Source: a virus
Taxonomy: Duplodnaviria; Caudoviricetes
DNA: 58,497 nt
Virus record (IMG/VR): IMGVR_UViG_3300004265_000001
Coordinates: 1-58,497 of that record
Direction: 5' to 3' (one strand)
The notes beneath the pieces were generated by a model. It was given only the letters and a program-made list of their open reading frames with translations, was not told the origin of the DNA and did no database searches. The position numbers and the translations under genes were made by a program. Positions within the stretch are counted from its first letter, which is position 1. Each line of letters begins with the position of its first letter. Below are positions 26,830 to 35,470 of this stretch, one piece after another.

Positions 26830-27099
26830 TTACTCCTTTGGTGATGTGCTTTCAATGACAAATCTCACTAGCTCAACTGACAAGACAATTTGAGCTAAAT
26901 GTATAAAGTCACTTGTATTGTGGCAAATGGATAAGTCACTAGAAACCTTTACACCATTAGCAAAAAAAGCATACTCACCTTTTTTATTGCCGTATTGTTC
27001 TGGATCAGCCTTTTCAATAATAAACACATTGGCCTTGTTAACTTCAATAACGTGTTGTAAATCATTGTTAGGCATTATTACGTTAGTTATGTATTTCAT
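26830..27099 (-). CDS. Hypothetical protein
   Basis: 89 aa with an aaggga RBS. Confidence 0.5.
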   Translation of the reverse strand: MKYITNVIMPNNDLQHVIEVNKANVFIIEKADPEQYGNKKGEYAFFANGVKVSSDLSICHNTSDFIHLAQIVLSVELVRFVIESTSPKE

Positions 27100-27108
27100 A
27101 AATGTCCC

Positions 27109-28683
27109 TTATGCTGCAATGCAAATTCTTGATGGGTTTCCGGTGTTGGCCTCAACAATAGCTTGCGCCATCGTTGGCGGCACTGAATTACCAACTCTAG
27201 CTACCTGACTTTCTTTTGACAACTTCTTGCCATTGCTATCATGTGAGATTATATAGTCAGGTCTAAAGTTGTGTGCTGCAAATAGTTCATGTGGTGCTAG
27301 CATTCTCATGCCGATATCAACTATCTGGTATTGGGTTCCTTGTATTGTTACTAATGCAAATCTTTCTCGCGTTGTAACGGTGTGCAATGGGTTTTCACAA
27401 CTAAGCGCTACACCATTGCCATAATACTCAACCAAGAAAGCCCTAAGTTCTCCTAAGTGATTTCCACCAGCAGAAATAGTGTGAAGCGGTTCATCGACTC
27501 CATGACCAATATTTGTCCCCCTAAACTTAATCATACTGCTAGTTACAAGTGAATTATGATCAGTGGTAGTTACTGTGTGCAAAGGATCTTGAATGTCAGA
27601 CCCGGTAACGCCTGAATAATGCTTAGCAATATGAGCCGATACCAAGGCAAAATGGCCCCCTTTAACTGAAGCACAAACCGTTCTTAATGGTTCGTCAAGT
27701 CGCATGTTGCGCTGGCTTGAACCGTTTGCATGTTCTGTAATAAATGGCATTGATGCATGATCCGGCACGATAAAAGGATTTTCAGCGTTAATGACAAACT
27801 TCTCAATACCCTTGGCTATTCTTGCCATCGTCTTTTCTGCTAATGGTTTTTTGCGTCCAAAAATTGATTTTACCGGTATTGACCAATCAATAATGTTTGC
27901 AGCCGGTATCCAAGGAAGCAGCTCACCAGACTGCACAGCTTTTGTTTTTGGGTTTCCATGTGTTTGCTTAGGCCATCTAATAGCTTCGTTGTCATTTCTA
28001 GCAACAAGAAAGAAGCGCTTTCTTATTGTCGGTACGCCATAATCACACGCTGAAAGTACGTTATGCTCAACATCATAACCAAGCCCCTTAAATAGCTTTA
28101 GCTTTGCGCTAATGTCGTATTGAATGTTAAGTGCTAAACACATTTCACGCCATGAGGAGTGATTAGGTGATATTCCCGTTGTTAGAGCGCTAATAAATGC
28201 ATCGAATGTTTCGCCGCTTAGTTTTTTATCTGGCTTAAAATTACCATCAGAATCTTTAACTAGTGGGCCCCACGTTTTAAATTCTTCAACGTTTTCTAGA
28301 TTTAGCATTCTAACCGGCACTAACATTGCCCACTTAATAGCTACCCAAGCAAGGCCGCGAATACTTCGATCAACTGGCGCACTGCCTTTAGCTTTTGAAA
28401 AATGTTTGCAATCAGGACTAAACCAAGCGATGCCAACTGGACGACCACGACACGCAGCTATAGGATCAACGTCCCATACTGATTCGCAATAATGCTCTGT
28501 CTCAGGGTGATTCATCTTGTGCATGTCGATTGCCGCAGGATCATGATTGATAGCAATATCTACATGAGTGCCTAGCCCTAAACTCATACCCTCACTTGCG
28601 CCACCGCCACCAGCAAAATTATCAACTGATATTTCACCAGGTTTCAAATAAATAGACTGATTCACTATTTCTTCTCCCTGCAT
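27109..28683 (-). CDS. DNA (cytosine-5)-methyltransferase, phage type
   Basis: Motif I DNFAGGGG, motif IV SPDCKHFS, motif VI ENVEEF, motif VIII PTIRKRFF and motif X GNSVPP. Four internal PL(H/R)T repeats. Confidence 0.9.
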   Translation of the reverse strand: MQGEEIVNQSIYLKPGEISVDNFAGGGGASEGMSLGLGTHVDIAINHDPAAIDMHKMNHPETEHYCESVWDVDPIAACRGRPVGIAWFSPDCKHFSKAKGSAPVDRSIRGLAWVAIKWAMLVPVRMLNLENVEEFKTWGPLVKDSDGNFKPDKKLSGETFDAFISALTTGISPNHSSWREMCLALNIQYDISAKLKLFKGLGYDVEHNVLSACDYGVPTIRKRFFLVARNDNEAIRWPKQTHGNPKTKAVQSGELLPWIPAANIIDWSIPVKSIFGRKKPLAEKTMARIAKGIEKFVINAENPFIVPDHASMPFITEHANGSSQRNMRLDEPLRTVCASVKGGHFALVSAHIAKHYSGVTGSDIQDPLHTVTTTDHNSLVTSSMIKFRGTNIGHGVDEPLHTISAGGNHLGELRAFLVEYYGNGVALSCENPLHTVTTRERFALVTIQGTQYQIVDIGMRMLAPHELFAAHNFRPDYIISHDSNGKKLSKESQVARVGNSVPPTMAQAIVEANTGNPSRICIAA

Positions 28684-29267
28684 TTCTTACACGGACGACC
28701 AAGCGCACAATGCTCTTGATACTCAGTTTTAGTTATAAACTTTTTGCATTTAAAACAAATTGGGCTTAGAGGTGTAGCGGCAATGATCTTGTCTTTTTCC
28801 CACTCTGCTAAATAACCCCAACCACCTTGCTTATCAAATAGCTCATAACAGAATGAATCATCAAACTCATAAGGAACGGTTGAAGCTACCCAACCGATAT
28901 TTAATATCTGGTGTGGGTTGCATGTTCTGATTAATTTGTCGTGCTGCTCATTCAGCTTGTCGCTAAGCAATTCACGGCGATAAGGATGCACGAAGTTCAT
29001 TTCCTCAGATTGAATATACTCTTTGCCATCTTGCGATCGACATAGTACAGCCAAGTACACATGCCACTTAAAGGCTATTGAGTGAAGCGCTTTTACAATT
29101 GTTGGCCCTATTGGTACAGGTAAGCCAGTTTTCTTATCTAAAGCGTGGGTTTCTTTTACGCCGCCAATGAAAACTAACAATAGATCCATAGTCCCGTAAA
29201 TTGCAGTATTAGAAGCGCGTTTAAGTTCGCAATGTTTCTTTGTGCGTTTTTTCTTTATTTTAGCCAC
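28665..29267 (-). CDS. Conserved hypothetical phage protein (start re-called at GTG 29267)
   Basis: An aggag RBS precedes the in-frame GTG. Basic N-terminus KIKKKRTKK and a C-terminal Cys/His cluster. Confidence 0.55.
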   Translation of the reverse strand: MAKIKKKRTKKHCELKRASNTAIYGTMDLLLVFIGGVKETHALDKKTGLPVPIGPTIVKALHSIAFKWHVYLAVLCRSQDGKEYIQSEEMNFVHPYRRELLSDKLNEQHDKLIRTCNPHQILNIGWVASTVPYEFDDSFCYELFDKQGGWGYLAEWEKDKIIAATPLSPICFKCKKFITKTEYQEHCALGRPCKKCREKK

Positions 29268-29541
29268 GGTTAGCGCTCCTTGTTTCTGTATGAACAAAGG
29301 CCAAGTATGAGCTAGGCGATACAGTCTGCATGATGCAGCAAATAATAATATCCATATCACTAGACTCGCTTGAAAACTCAAGATCAGCCTCAAACTTATA
29401 AACGCCTACTCGAGTGATGCTGCATTCAACTCTCGCTTGAGTTTCATCATTCCAAGAGTGCTTTAGCGCTGACGTTGCAGCATCCAAAAGACTGCTAGCA
29501 TCTTCAATAAAAAGAGTTTTTGATTCACTTACTTTAGCCAT
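29260..29541 (-). CDS. Hypothetical protein
   Basis: 93 aa with a ggagg RBS. Confidence 0.5.
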   Translation of the reverse strand: MAKVSESKTLFIEDASSLLDAATSALKHSWNDETQARVECSITRVGVYKFEADLEFSSESSDMDIIICCIMQTVSPSSYLAFVHTETRSANRG

Positions 29542-29543
29542 GA

Positions 29544-29864
29544 TTAGTTGGCCTCCGATATCTGCTTTCTGATTGTGTCGAGGATATGATTAGCCAGAAC
29601 AGGATCTAGGTTCTCATAATGAAATGTTGATTTTTCAAAGTTAAACCAAACTCGCGCCATTGCGAACTTAGCTCTTAGTAATAAGCCTTTGGCTAAGGGG
29701 ATTTCTTCACCATCTAGCAATACTGATATTACTCGGCCAGATTCAGCGGCTTTAAACTCAAGCCCGTATATTGACTCTAAATCGTTGAAGTATGCACGTT
29801 TAGCCCCTGCCGAACCCCAAGCCTTGCCAAGCTCTAATATTTTCTTATCTAATTGATTGTTCAT
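29544..29864 (-). CDS. Hypothetical protein
   Basis: 106 aa with a W...KRAYFND motif. First gene after a promoter. Confidence 0.55.
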   Translation of the reverse strand: MNNQLDKKILELGKAWGSAGAKRAYFNDLESIYGLEFKAAESGRVISVLLDGEEIPLAKGLLLRAKFAMARVWFNFEKSTFHYENLDPVLANHILDTIRKQISEAN

Positions 29865-29901
29865 AATTACCAGCTGTATAGCTACGCCCTAAGTAAAAGC
29901 A

Positions 29902-29942
29902 ATACTACTATTATTTGATTTAATGTCAAGTTTAATTAAACG
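29902..29942 (-). promoter_or_regulatory. Leftward sigma70-like promoter with a palindromic operator-like site
   Basis: TTGACA (29929-29924), 16 nt, TAGTAT (29907-29902). The perfect palindrome GTTTAATTAAAC (29930-29941) abuts the -35 box. Confidence 0.6.
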
Positions 29943-29966
29943 TCACATCGAACTATATTTGGGCAT

Positions 29967-29998
29967 AAAAAAACACCTCAATTGAAGTGTCTTTTTTT
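29967..29998. terminator. Bidirectional terminator-like hairpin
   Basis: A-tract, ACACCTCA/TGAAGTGT imperfect stem, T-tract. Confidence 0.55.
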
Positions 29999-30010
29999 AC
30001 TTATCGCGTT

Positions 30011-30187
30011 TTAGTCTTCATCAATTAAAGCGCACTTCAAAACCTTTGGTTTGCCTACTGCAATAACCCACCAATTAGAACCGCTTCTCACACGACCACG
30101 CAAAGTAGGATCAGGCTTTTTTAAATTTACGGTTGCGTTGAACATGCCAACCGACTCTATATACTCACTTAGTTTTTGCGGCTTCAA
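30011..30187 (-). CDS. Small protein, possibly lambda-Cro-like (58 aa, TTG start, below the ORF-track cutoff)
   Basis: MKPQKLSEYIESVGMFNATVNLKKPDPTLRGRVRSGSNWWVIAVG..., with a strong aagggg RBS, its own extended -10 (TGCTATTAT) and terminators on both sides. Confidence 0.5.
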   Translation of the reverse strand: MKPQKLSEYIESVGMFNATVNLKKPDPTLRGRVRSGSNWWVIAVGKPKVLKCALIDED

Positions 30188-30234
30188 AGCGGCCCCCTTT
30201 AATCAAATGTTTAACTTAACGCTATAATAGCATT

Positions 30235-30260
30235 AAAAGCCCCTAATGAAAGAGGCTTTT
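30235..30260. terminator. Bidirectional intrinsic terminator
   Basis: aaaaGCCcCT-aatgaa-AGaGGCtttt, downstream of the DUF2303 gene. Confidence 0.6.
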
Positions 30261-30270
30261 AACCTTGATG

Positions 30271-31107
30271 TTAAATGCTGCCAATAAACGTTTTAGTCAC
30301 ACAACCTCTTTCATTAAGTGAATCAATGATCAAGTCTTTAAACTCTTGAGTCATTTCTTCTTTAATGGCTTCAAGCTGAAGCACACGCATGACCAACACT
30401 GGCTTGTCGCCACCAGTTAAGATACCTACTCGCATTGTGAAGACTCGCTCCTCTAAATCGTTATACGGCTTGCATTGAAATAAAACTAAAGCTGGCATAA
30501 CCATTGACCTAGTTGCTTCGATTTTTTCTAAGTCGCTCATGTGAGCTGAAAAATCACCAACTTCACTTTCCATTTTCTTAGTTGCTTCAATAGTGATTTT
30601 GCGCACTGCTGCTGCTGCTGCCATAGCCGTTAATGGGTTACCGTCAATACCTTGAACAGTAATAAAGTCCTTCCAATCTTCCAGCCAATCGGACAAGTCT
30701 TTTTGCTTCATCTGAGCGCCATCCACTCGAAGCATTGAAATAAAAGCAGCTGTTTTATTTAACGACAATAAAGCAGTGTGCTTTTGGTGTAATGGATGCT
30801 CAACATCACCAAGATCAATAACTGTTTTTGCATCCATTTCTGTATCACTAACAAAACATGTAGCGCCATCGTTATTAAACAACTCAACATAATTAATGTA
30901 ATCAATAACGCTACTTGTTTCAAAGTTGCAACGGTAATGCTGGCGAAATGGCATAGCCGCTTCAAGTGACGAAAGTTGATAACCTTCAGGGATCAATACA
31001 TGAGGGATTTTTGATGTTGCTGTCAATGAGTGCTTAATAACAAGCTCAGTATTTGCATTTGCTTGTAACATTTCTAACGCGCTTTTTTCTATCATGGAAT
31101 ATCTCAC
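30271..31107 (-). CDS. DUF2303 / YfdQ-family protein
   Basis: 278 aa with IDLGDVEHPLHQKHTA, QKDLSDWLEDW, AVRKITIEA and CKPYNDL motifs. Confidence 0.8.
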   Translation of the reverse strand: MRYSMIEKSALEMLQANANTELVIKHSLTATSKIPHVLIPEGYQLSSLEAAMPFRQHYRCNFETSSVIDYINYVELFNNDGATCFVSDTEMDAKTVIDLGDVEHPLHQKHTALLSLNKTAAFISMLRVDGAQMKQKDLSDWLEDWKDFITVQGIDGNPLTAMAAAAAVRKITIEATKKMESEVGDFSAHMSDLEKIEATRSMVMPALVLFQCKPYNDLEERVFTMRVGILTGGDKPVLVMRVLQLEAIKEEMTQEFKDLIIDSLNERGCVTKTFIGSI

Positions 31108-31162
31108 TTATTATATTAAATTGGTGCCTATCTTCTGGCGATAGGCTTGCCGTATTACTTGG

Positions 31163-31519
31163 CTAGTTAGATGAACGGACCAAAGAGAATTGGCCGTCAA
31201 ATTCTTCACGCGGGGCCGTTTCAGTCATAACACCATTTTTGCCAACATACATTGGTGTTTCTGATACATCTTCTTCAGTTTTATTACCACGAGCCGTTGG
31301 CGTTTTGTGACTAAGCTTGTGGCTAACAATAACCTGGCTGTTTTCACCAACTTGTTTCAAAGTAAATTCAATAGTCACTTTACCGGTTTTGCTTCCACGA
31401 CCATGAAGCACTGTGCCATGTGCCGCTTGACTTAAAAGTAATGCTAGTTTCTTTTCAAGAACGCCAGCCCCCAATGCGCCTAAAAAATCTTGTACGTTTG
31501 TTCCGATAGATTCTGACAT
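31163..31519 (-). CDS. YfdP-like conserved phage protein (partner of DUF2303)
   Basis: TNVQDFLGALGAGV...HKL...PTARG...EED..ETPMYVGKNG. Typically found upstream of DUF2303. Confidence 0.7.
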   Translation of the reverse strand: MSESIGTNVQDFLGALGAGVLEKKLALLLSQAAHGTVLHGRGSKTGKVTIEFTLKQVGENSQVIVSHKLSHKTPTARGNKTEEDVSETPMYVGKNGVMTETAPREEFDGQFSLVRSSN

Positions 31520-31549
31520 TTTATAACTCCTGCATTATGGTTTAATTAA

Positions 31550-31825
31550 TTAAAGGTTTTTAAGTGTTTCAGTAGCCAGTTCCTCAAGTATGGCTATTCT
31601 TTTTTCGAGTGGTTGAATCTCACTAATGAGTCTGCGTTTTTCGTTATGGATTAACAACATTGCACCATTGTCTGAATGGCTAAATATAATCGTGCCACTA
31701 CCACACGTTACTTTAATGCCATCACCAATTACACGTTCTGCGGCAGAAATAATCGCCTCTACAGATACTAGCTGGTTTCTAGTTTTAACTAATAGAGCTA
31801 TTAACTCTTGTATTTTGTCCATCAC
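31550..31825 (-). CDS. Hypothetical coiled-coil protein
   Basis: 91 aa with a gagg RBS. Confidence 0.5.
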   Translation of the reverse strand: MMDKIQELIALLVKTRNQLVSVEAIISAAERVIGDGIKVTCGSGTIIFSHSDNGAMLLIHNEKRRLISEIQPLEKRIAILEELATETLKNL

Positions 31826-31850
31826 TAAACCTCAATTAACAATGGTTTGA

Positions 31851-32474
31851 TTAAACTTCTTGGCTATCAATGACTCCAAAGTAAACGTCAAGACATGCTT
31901 TTGTATCAGCCATGGCGTTATGGTTACCTTCCATTTCAACGCCTTTAAAGTGCTTATATGCATCTACAAGCTTGACGCTTTTAACACCCATTGATTTTTT
32001 AGCCATCATCATTGAACAGTGGTGATCTTCTTTGACAGCCCACTTTTCCATAGCTTCTTCAGATAGGTAACGCTTACATGCAATTCGTACTATCCGTTGA
32101 TCAAAGGTTTTGTTATAGGCGACACGCTCATGGTCACCGCGCATGGCTAAAAACATTTCAAGCGCTTCTTGTTCTGGTATGCCTTCCTTTTCAGCCATTT
32201 CCATAGTGATACCATGAATATCAATTGTTTCTTGTGGAATTTCCCAACCGTCAGGCTTAATGATAACGTCCATGCTATCGACAACTTCACGTGTTTCAGC
32301 ATTAACAAGCTGTGCGGCAAGTTGAACCAGGTGCGGCTGGCTTGGATCATCGCTTGGGATTTTCCAGTTTGGGATTCCGCATGTTTCTGTGTCATAGCCA
32401 AAAATCAGCTTTTGAACTACTGGCTTAATTTCTTGAGATTCTTCGTGTGACATATTGTTCCCCTTTGGCGGCAT
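31851..32474 (-). CDS. DEDDh 3'-5' exonuclease (DnaQ-like)
   Basis: ExoI YDTETCG, ExoII AYNKTFD and ExoIII HNAMAD motifs. Confidence 0.85.
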   Translation of the reverse strand: MPPKGNNMSHEESQEIKPVVQKLIFGYDTETCGIPNWKIPSDDPSQPHLVQLAAQLVNAETREVVDSMDVIIKPDGWEIPQETIDIHGITMEMAEKEGIPEQEALEMFLAMRGDHERVAYNKTFDQRIVRIACKRYLSEEAMEKWAVKEDHHCSMMMAKKSMGVKSVKLVDAYKHFKGVEMEGNHNAMADTKACLDVYFGVIDSQEV

Positions 32475-32492
32475 TACACCGCCTGTGATTAA

Positions 32493-33824
32493 TTAATAAT
32501 TAACGTTGTGGTTTGAAAGTGTAGCAAGCAAATCATTAAATGCTTGCTCCTGCACTTGATAATGAACGCCCCAACCTCTTAGATCTGAAAGTAATGCACT
32601 AATTGGTTCAGGCTCAACAAGATCAGAGGCGCGTTTCATTGATGCAAGCACTTCTTGTGGATCAGCTGCTTTCTTTTCTTGCTGAACGGGCTCTTGATAT
32701 ACCGCTTCATCTTGAACATGGTGAGTTTCATCATGTGCAGCATGAGCGTTATTTTGCATTTCAAGTTCGTGTGCCGCTTGCTTTTCTGCTGCTTGATGGT
32801 CGGCAATAGCTTGCTGATCGCTGGCATACTTTTCTAGAATATTAGCTTGATCAAGCATTTTTTCTAAACGGCTAATAACATCAGCTTTCGCTTGCAATGC
32901 TTCTTCATAACGTTCTTCAAATTCATCTTGAGGAACATTAAACTTGCTAAGCGCATAAAGCTTTTTAGCTATAACGTGTGAGGGTTCACCCATCATATCA
33001 AGCGGTATCATTTGAAGTGTGCTTAGGCGAACACCAATAACACGAGCTTTTTCTTGTGCTGCTGCTGCTTCGTCAGAAATTCGTTTAGCTTCTGCTGCTG
33101 CTTCATCAGAAAGGCGTTTAGCTTCTGCGGCGTCTTCATCAGCTATGCGCTTGGCTTCTGCGGCTTCTTCTAGCGCTTTAATTCTCGCTTTCTCTGCCGC
33201 TTCTGCTTCAGCTCTTAAACTATTGCTTTCAATCTTCTGCATTAGAATTTCAGTCAATTCTTTGCTTACAGATTTAAGCGTTTGCATGACTTCGTGAATG
33301 ATATCTTTGTGAAAATCTTCTGCTGAAGTATTGCTTACCGTATCTATAAGGCTTGATATTTCATTAGTGTCATCAGTTTCTTTTGCCGTATCAATAAAGC
33401 TTTTTATTAAATCAAGCTGGTGGCGCTGCTCGTCAAGCATTTCTTCATGCTCACGCTTAATTCGAGCGGCTTCGTCTTTGTTCTTTTGGTCCTGAATTTC
33501 AAAAGGCTTTACGACAACATCAAATATTTCTGTTACTTCAGCTTCCAAAGTATCTGAATACAGCTTTAAGTTATTGGTAAAGTCGATACGGCGGCGAGAA
33601 ATAGCCTCAACAAGCTTGTTACGCTCTGTGCGAGTTTTACGAGCTTCTTTGAATGTTGCTTCATCTGTCATATCTAAAACAACATCAGACGGGAATCGTT
33701 CACGAAGCTTTTTAAGTTCTTCCTGAGTAAGTTGATCTTTGAATGTACTTTGAAGAAATTTACTTTCCGCTTTTTCAGCCGGCGTTAATTTAACTTCTGC
33801 TTCTTCGTTAATGGTCTTTTCCAT
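32493..33824 (-). CDS. Coiled-coil recombination-module protein
   Basis: 443 aa, E/A/K-rich, with an EARKTRTERNKL motif. Lies between the annealase and the exonuclease. Confidence 0.6.
   Translation of the reverse strand: MEKTINEEAEVKLTPAEKAESKFLQSTFKDQLTQEELKKLRERFPSDVVLDMTDEATFKEARKTRTERNKLVEAISRRRIDFTNNLKLYSDTLEAEVTEIFDVVVKPFEIQDQKNKDEAARIKREHEEMLDEQRHQLDLIKSFIDTAKETDDTNEISSLIDTVSNTSAEDFHKDIIHEVMQTLKSVSKELTEILMQKIESNSLRAEAEAAEKARIKALEEAAEAKRIADEDAAEAKRLSDEAAAEAKRISDEAAAAQEKARVIGVRLSTLQMIPLDMMGEPSHVIAKKLYALSKFNVPQDEFEERYEEALQAKADVISRLEKMLDQANILEKYASDQQAIADHQAAEKQAAHELEMQNNAHAAHDETHHVQDEAVYQEPVQQEKKAADPQEVLASMKRASDLVEPEPISALLSDLRGWGVHYQVQEQAFNDLLATLSNHNVNY
33060..33175 (-). repeat. Imperfect 33-bp tandem repeat (11 aa, AEAKR(I/L)(A/S)DE(D/A)A), about 3 copies
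   Basis: The protein reads EEAAEAKRIADEDAAEAKRLSDEAAAEAKRISDEAAAA. Confidence 0.7.
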
Positions 33825-33825
33825 G

Positions 33826-34746
33826 TTACTTGCCCTCTATAGCGTTGATGCGATTTATTACCGCTTGTTTTAAAGTCTTGTACAAAGCCCCTTTATCAAA
33901 TAATTGATCTTGGCATTTGACTGTTAATTTCTCTCTAAGCCTATCAGCTACTTTGTGAACTGCTCCGGGATCTGGTATTGAATCAAGGTTTTTAACCTCT
34001 TTTACTAACCATGCATTAACTTCAGCAAATCGAGTGGCCACGTTGTCTTTTGCTTGATTCTCTAAAGTTTCAATTGTTTCTAATTTAACTTTCTCAAACA
34101 TTTCAACAAGGTCTTTACGGCTGAATGAATTGGCCCAACTAATAGCATCAAGATAAGCAGCTTCAACTGAAATAATTAATTTTGCGCTTTTGATGGCTTC
34201 AACAAACTGACTCGAATCTAAACCGGGTCGAGCCCAATCAGGTAAAACTGGTGGCACCCAATCAATGTTTGCAAATTTAGATGACTGCTTGTTTTTGTTA
34301 TCTTCGTAAACCGTCATGTAATTTGTTGCATCATAACGATTCTCACAAGCGTAAACAGTGGCCATCTCAGGCTTTAAGCGGTAAAGGTATCGACCAATAC
34401 CAAGCAATGCGCCAGCACGTTTAAGCGCGCCAGAAGCACCACCTTTTAACGCTTCGATATCTGTTTTTTGCGCTACGTCTTGGCGGGAAACCCAACGGCC
34501 ATCTAAAAATACTTTGAGTGTGCAAACAAAACCATCACCGGCCATTGTTTCATGCTGAAAAACTTCCCATCCACTCACGCCAAAAACGTCATCAAGGCGG
34601 GTTTGAATTGCTCGGCCCGTTATGTACGGCTGAACGATCACCCAAGGTCTACTCGATTTTGATAAACCACTGCGCTGAACACGCCATTTAACATCTTCGA
34701 TAGGGAATGGCTCTTGCAAACGAGCTTCAATTGATTGCTCAGACAT
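33826..34746 (-). CDS. Rad52/Rad22-family (Sak-like) single-strand annealing protein
   Basis: EPFPIEDVKWRV, YITGRAIQTRLDDVFGVSGW and KGGASGALKRAGALLGIGRYLY motifs. Confidence 0.85.
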   Translation of the reverse strand: MSEQSIEARLQEPFPIEDVKWRVQRSGLSKSSRPWVIVQPYITGRAIQTRLDDVFGVSGWEVFQHETMAGDGFVCTLKVFLDGRWVSRQDVAQKTDIEALKGGASGALKRAGALLGIGRYLYRLKPEMATVYACENRYDATNYMTVYEDNKNKQSSKFANIDWVPPVLPDWARPGLDSSQFVEAIKSAKLIISVEAAYLDAISWANSFSRKDLVEMFEKVKLETIETLENQAKDNVATRFAEVNAWLVKEVKNLDSIPDPGAVHKVADRLREKLTVKCQDQLFDKGALYKTLKQAVINRINAIEGK

Positions 34747-35039
34747 TATTTAAGCTCCCAAAGATATGGAATTTTGACAAATGGCTTTGACTTAATATTG
34801 CCTTCACCATCCATAAATAAAACTGAGTTATCACTAACAACAATTCCTGTACTCATAAGTACAGAGCAAAGGCTTTCATCTGCATTTATTTCATACTCAA
34901 GTTCAATTACTGCTAAACAACTTGCATCTAACTCTTTGTGTGAGTCCTCTACGCTTTTCTCTGCAGCTTCAACTCTTTTTTTTGCTTCAGCCATGCTTTC
35001 AACAAGGCTGGTATTTAATGTGATCTTTTTCTCTGTCAT
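34746..35039 (-). CDS. Hypothetical protein (first gene of the leftward operon)
   Basis: 97 aa with a gagg RBS. No HTH pattern. Confidence 0.55.
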   Translation of the reverse strand: MTEKKITLNTSLVESMAEAKKRVEAAEKSVEDSHKELDASCLAVIELEYEINADESLCSVLMSTGIVVSDNSVLFMDGEGNIKSKPFVKIPYLWELK

Positions 35040-35089
35040 AACGATTGCCTCTGCTTATTAGAAACCTCTCAACGTTTCCGATGTGGTGA

Positions 35090-35132
35090 ACTTTAAAGAG
35101 TTATATATTTAAAGTCAACGTTTAATATGACG
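35090..35132 (-). promoter_or_regulatory. pL-like leftward promoter with an operator-like site
   Basis: TTGACT (35118-35113), 17 nt, TAAAGT (35095-35090). CGTTTAATATGACG (35119-35132) is adjacent to the -35 box. Confidence 0.65.
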
Positions 35133-35266
35133 AAATACAAAATAAATACGCACTATATTATTAAGCCACCACTTATGTGGCCAGAATGAAAATATATACT
35201 TTTTGTGTATACTTTTATAACTGTAACTAATACACTCCTGAAATGTTTTATTTTGAGGTCAATAAT

Positions 35267-35470
35267 ATGGATTTAAAAAAGTCTTTACGCTTAGCTCTTG
35301 CGCATGAGGGTATTAAAAAGAGTCAATTAGCTGAAAGGCTCGACACTTCTAGCCAGCAGGTATCGAACTGGCTTAGAACAGGCAAGATGAAGCAGTCGAG
35401 TATTGAGGACGTCAGCGCGGCATTTAATATGTCAGTCAGTCAATTTATTGCGCTTGGAGAAAATAGCTAA
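35267..35470 (+). CDS. XRE/Cro-type HTH regulator (start re-called at ATG 35267)
   Basis: IKKSQLAERLDTSSQQVSNWLR HTH and a gagg RBS. First gene of the rightward operon. Confidence 0.8.
   Translation: MDLKKSLRLALAHEGIKKSQLAERLDTSSQQVSNWLRTGKMKQSSIEDVSAAFNMSVSQFIALGENS

Noticed and set aside
31126-31146. Hairpin GCCTATC/GATAGGC, and similar hairpins at about 12384-12404, 12836-12857 and 39148-39166
   Set aside because: They are ordinary intergenic stem-loops without U-tracts or further shared structure, so there is not enough evidence for a distinct element.
33060-33175. 33-bp repeats as a CRISPR array or DGR template
   Set aside because: They are in-frame degenerate coding repeats with no spacers, and no cas or reverse transcriptase gene is present.
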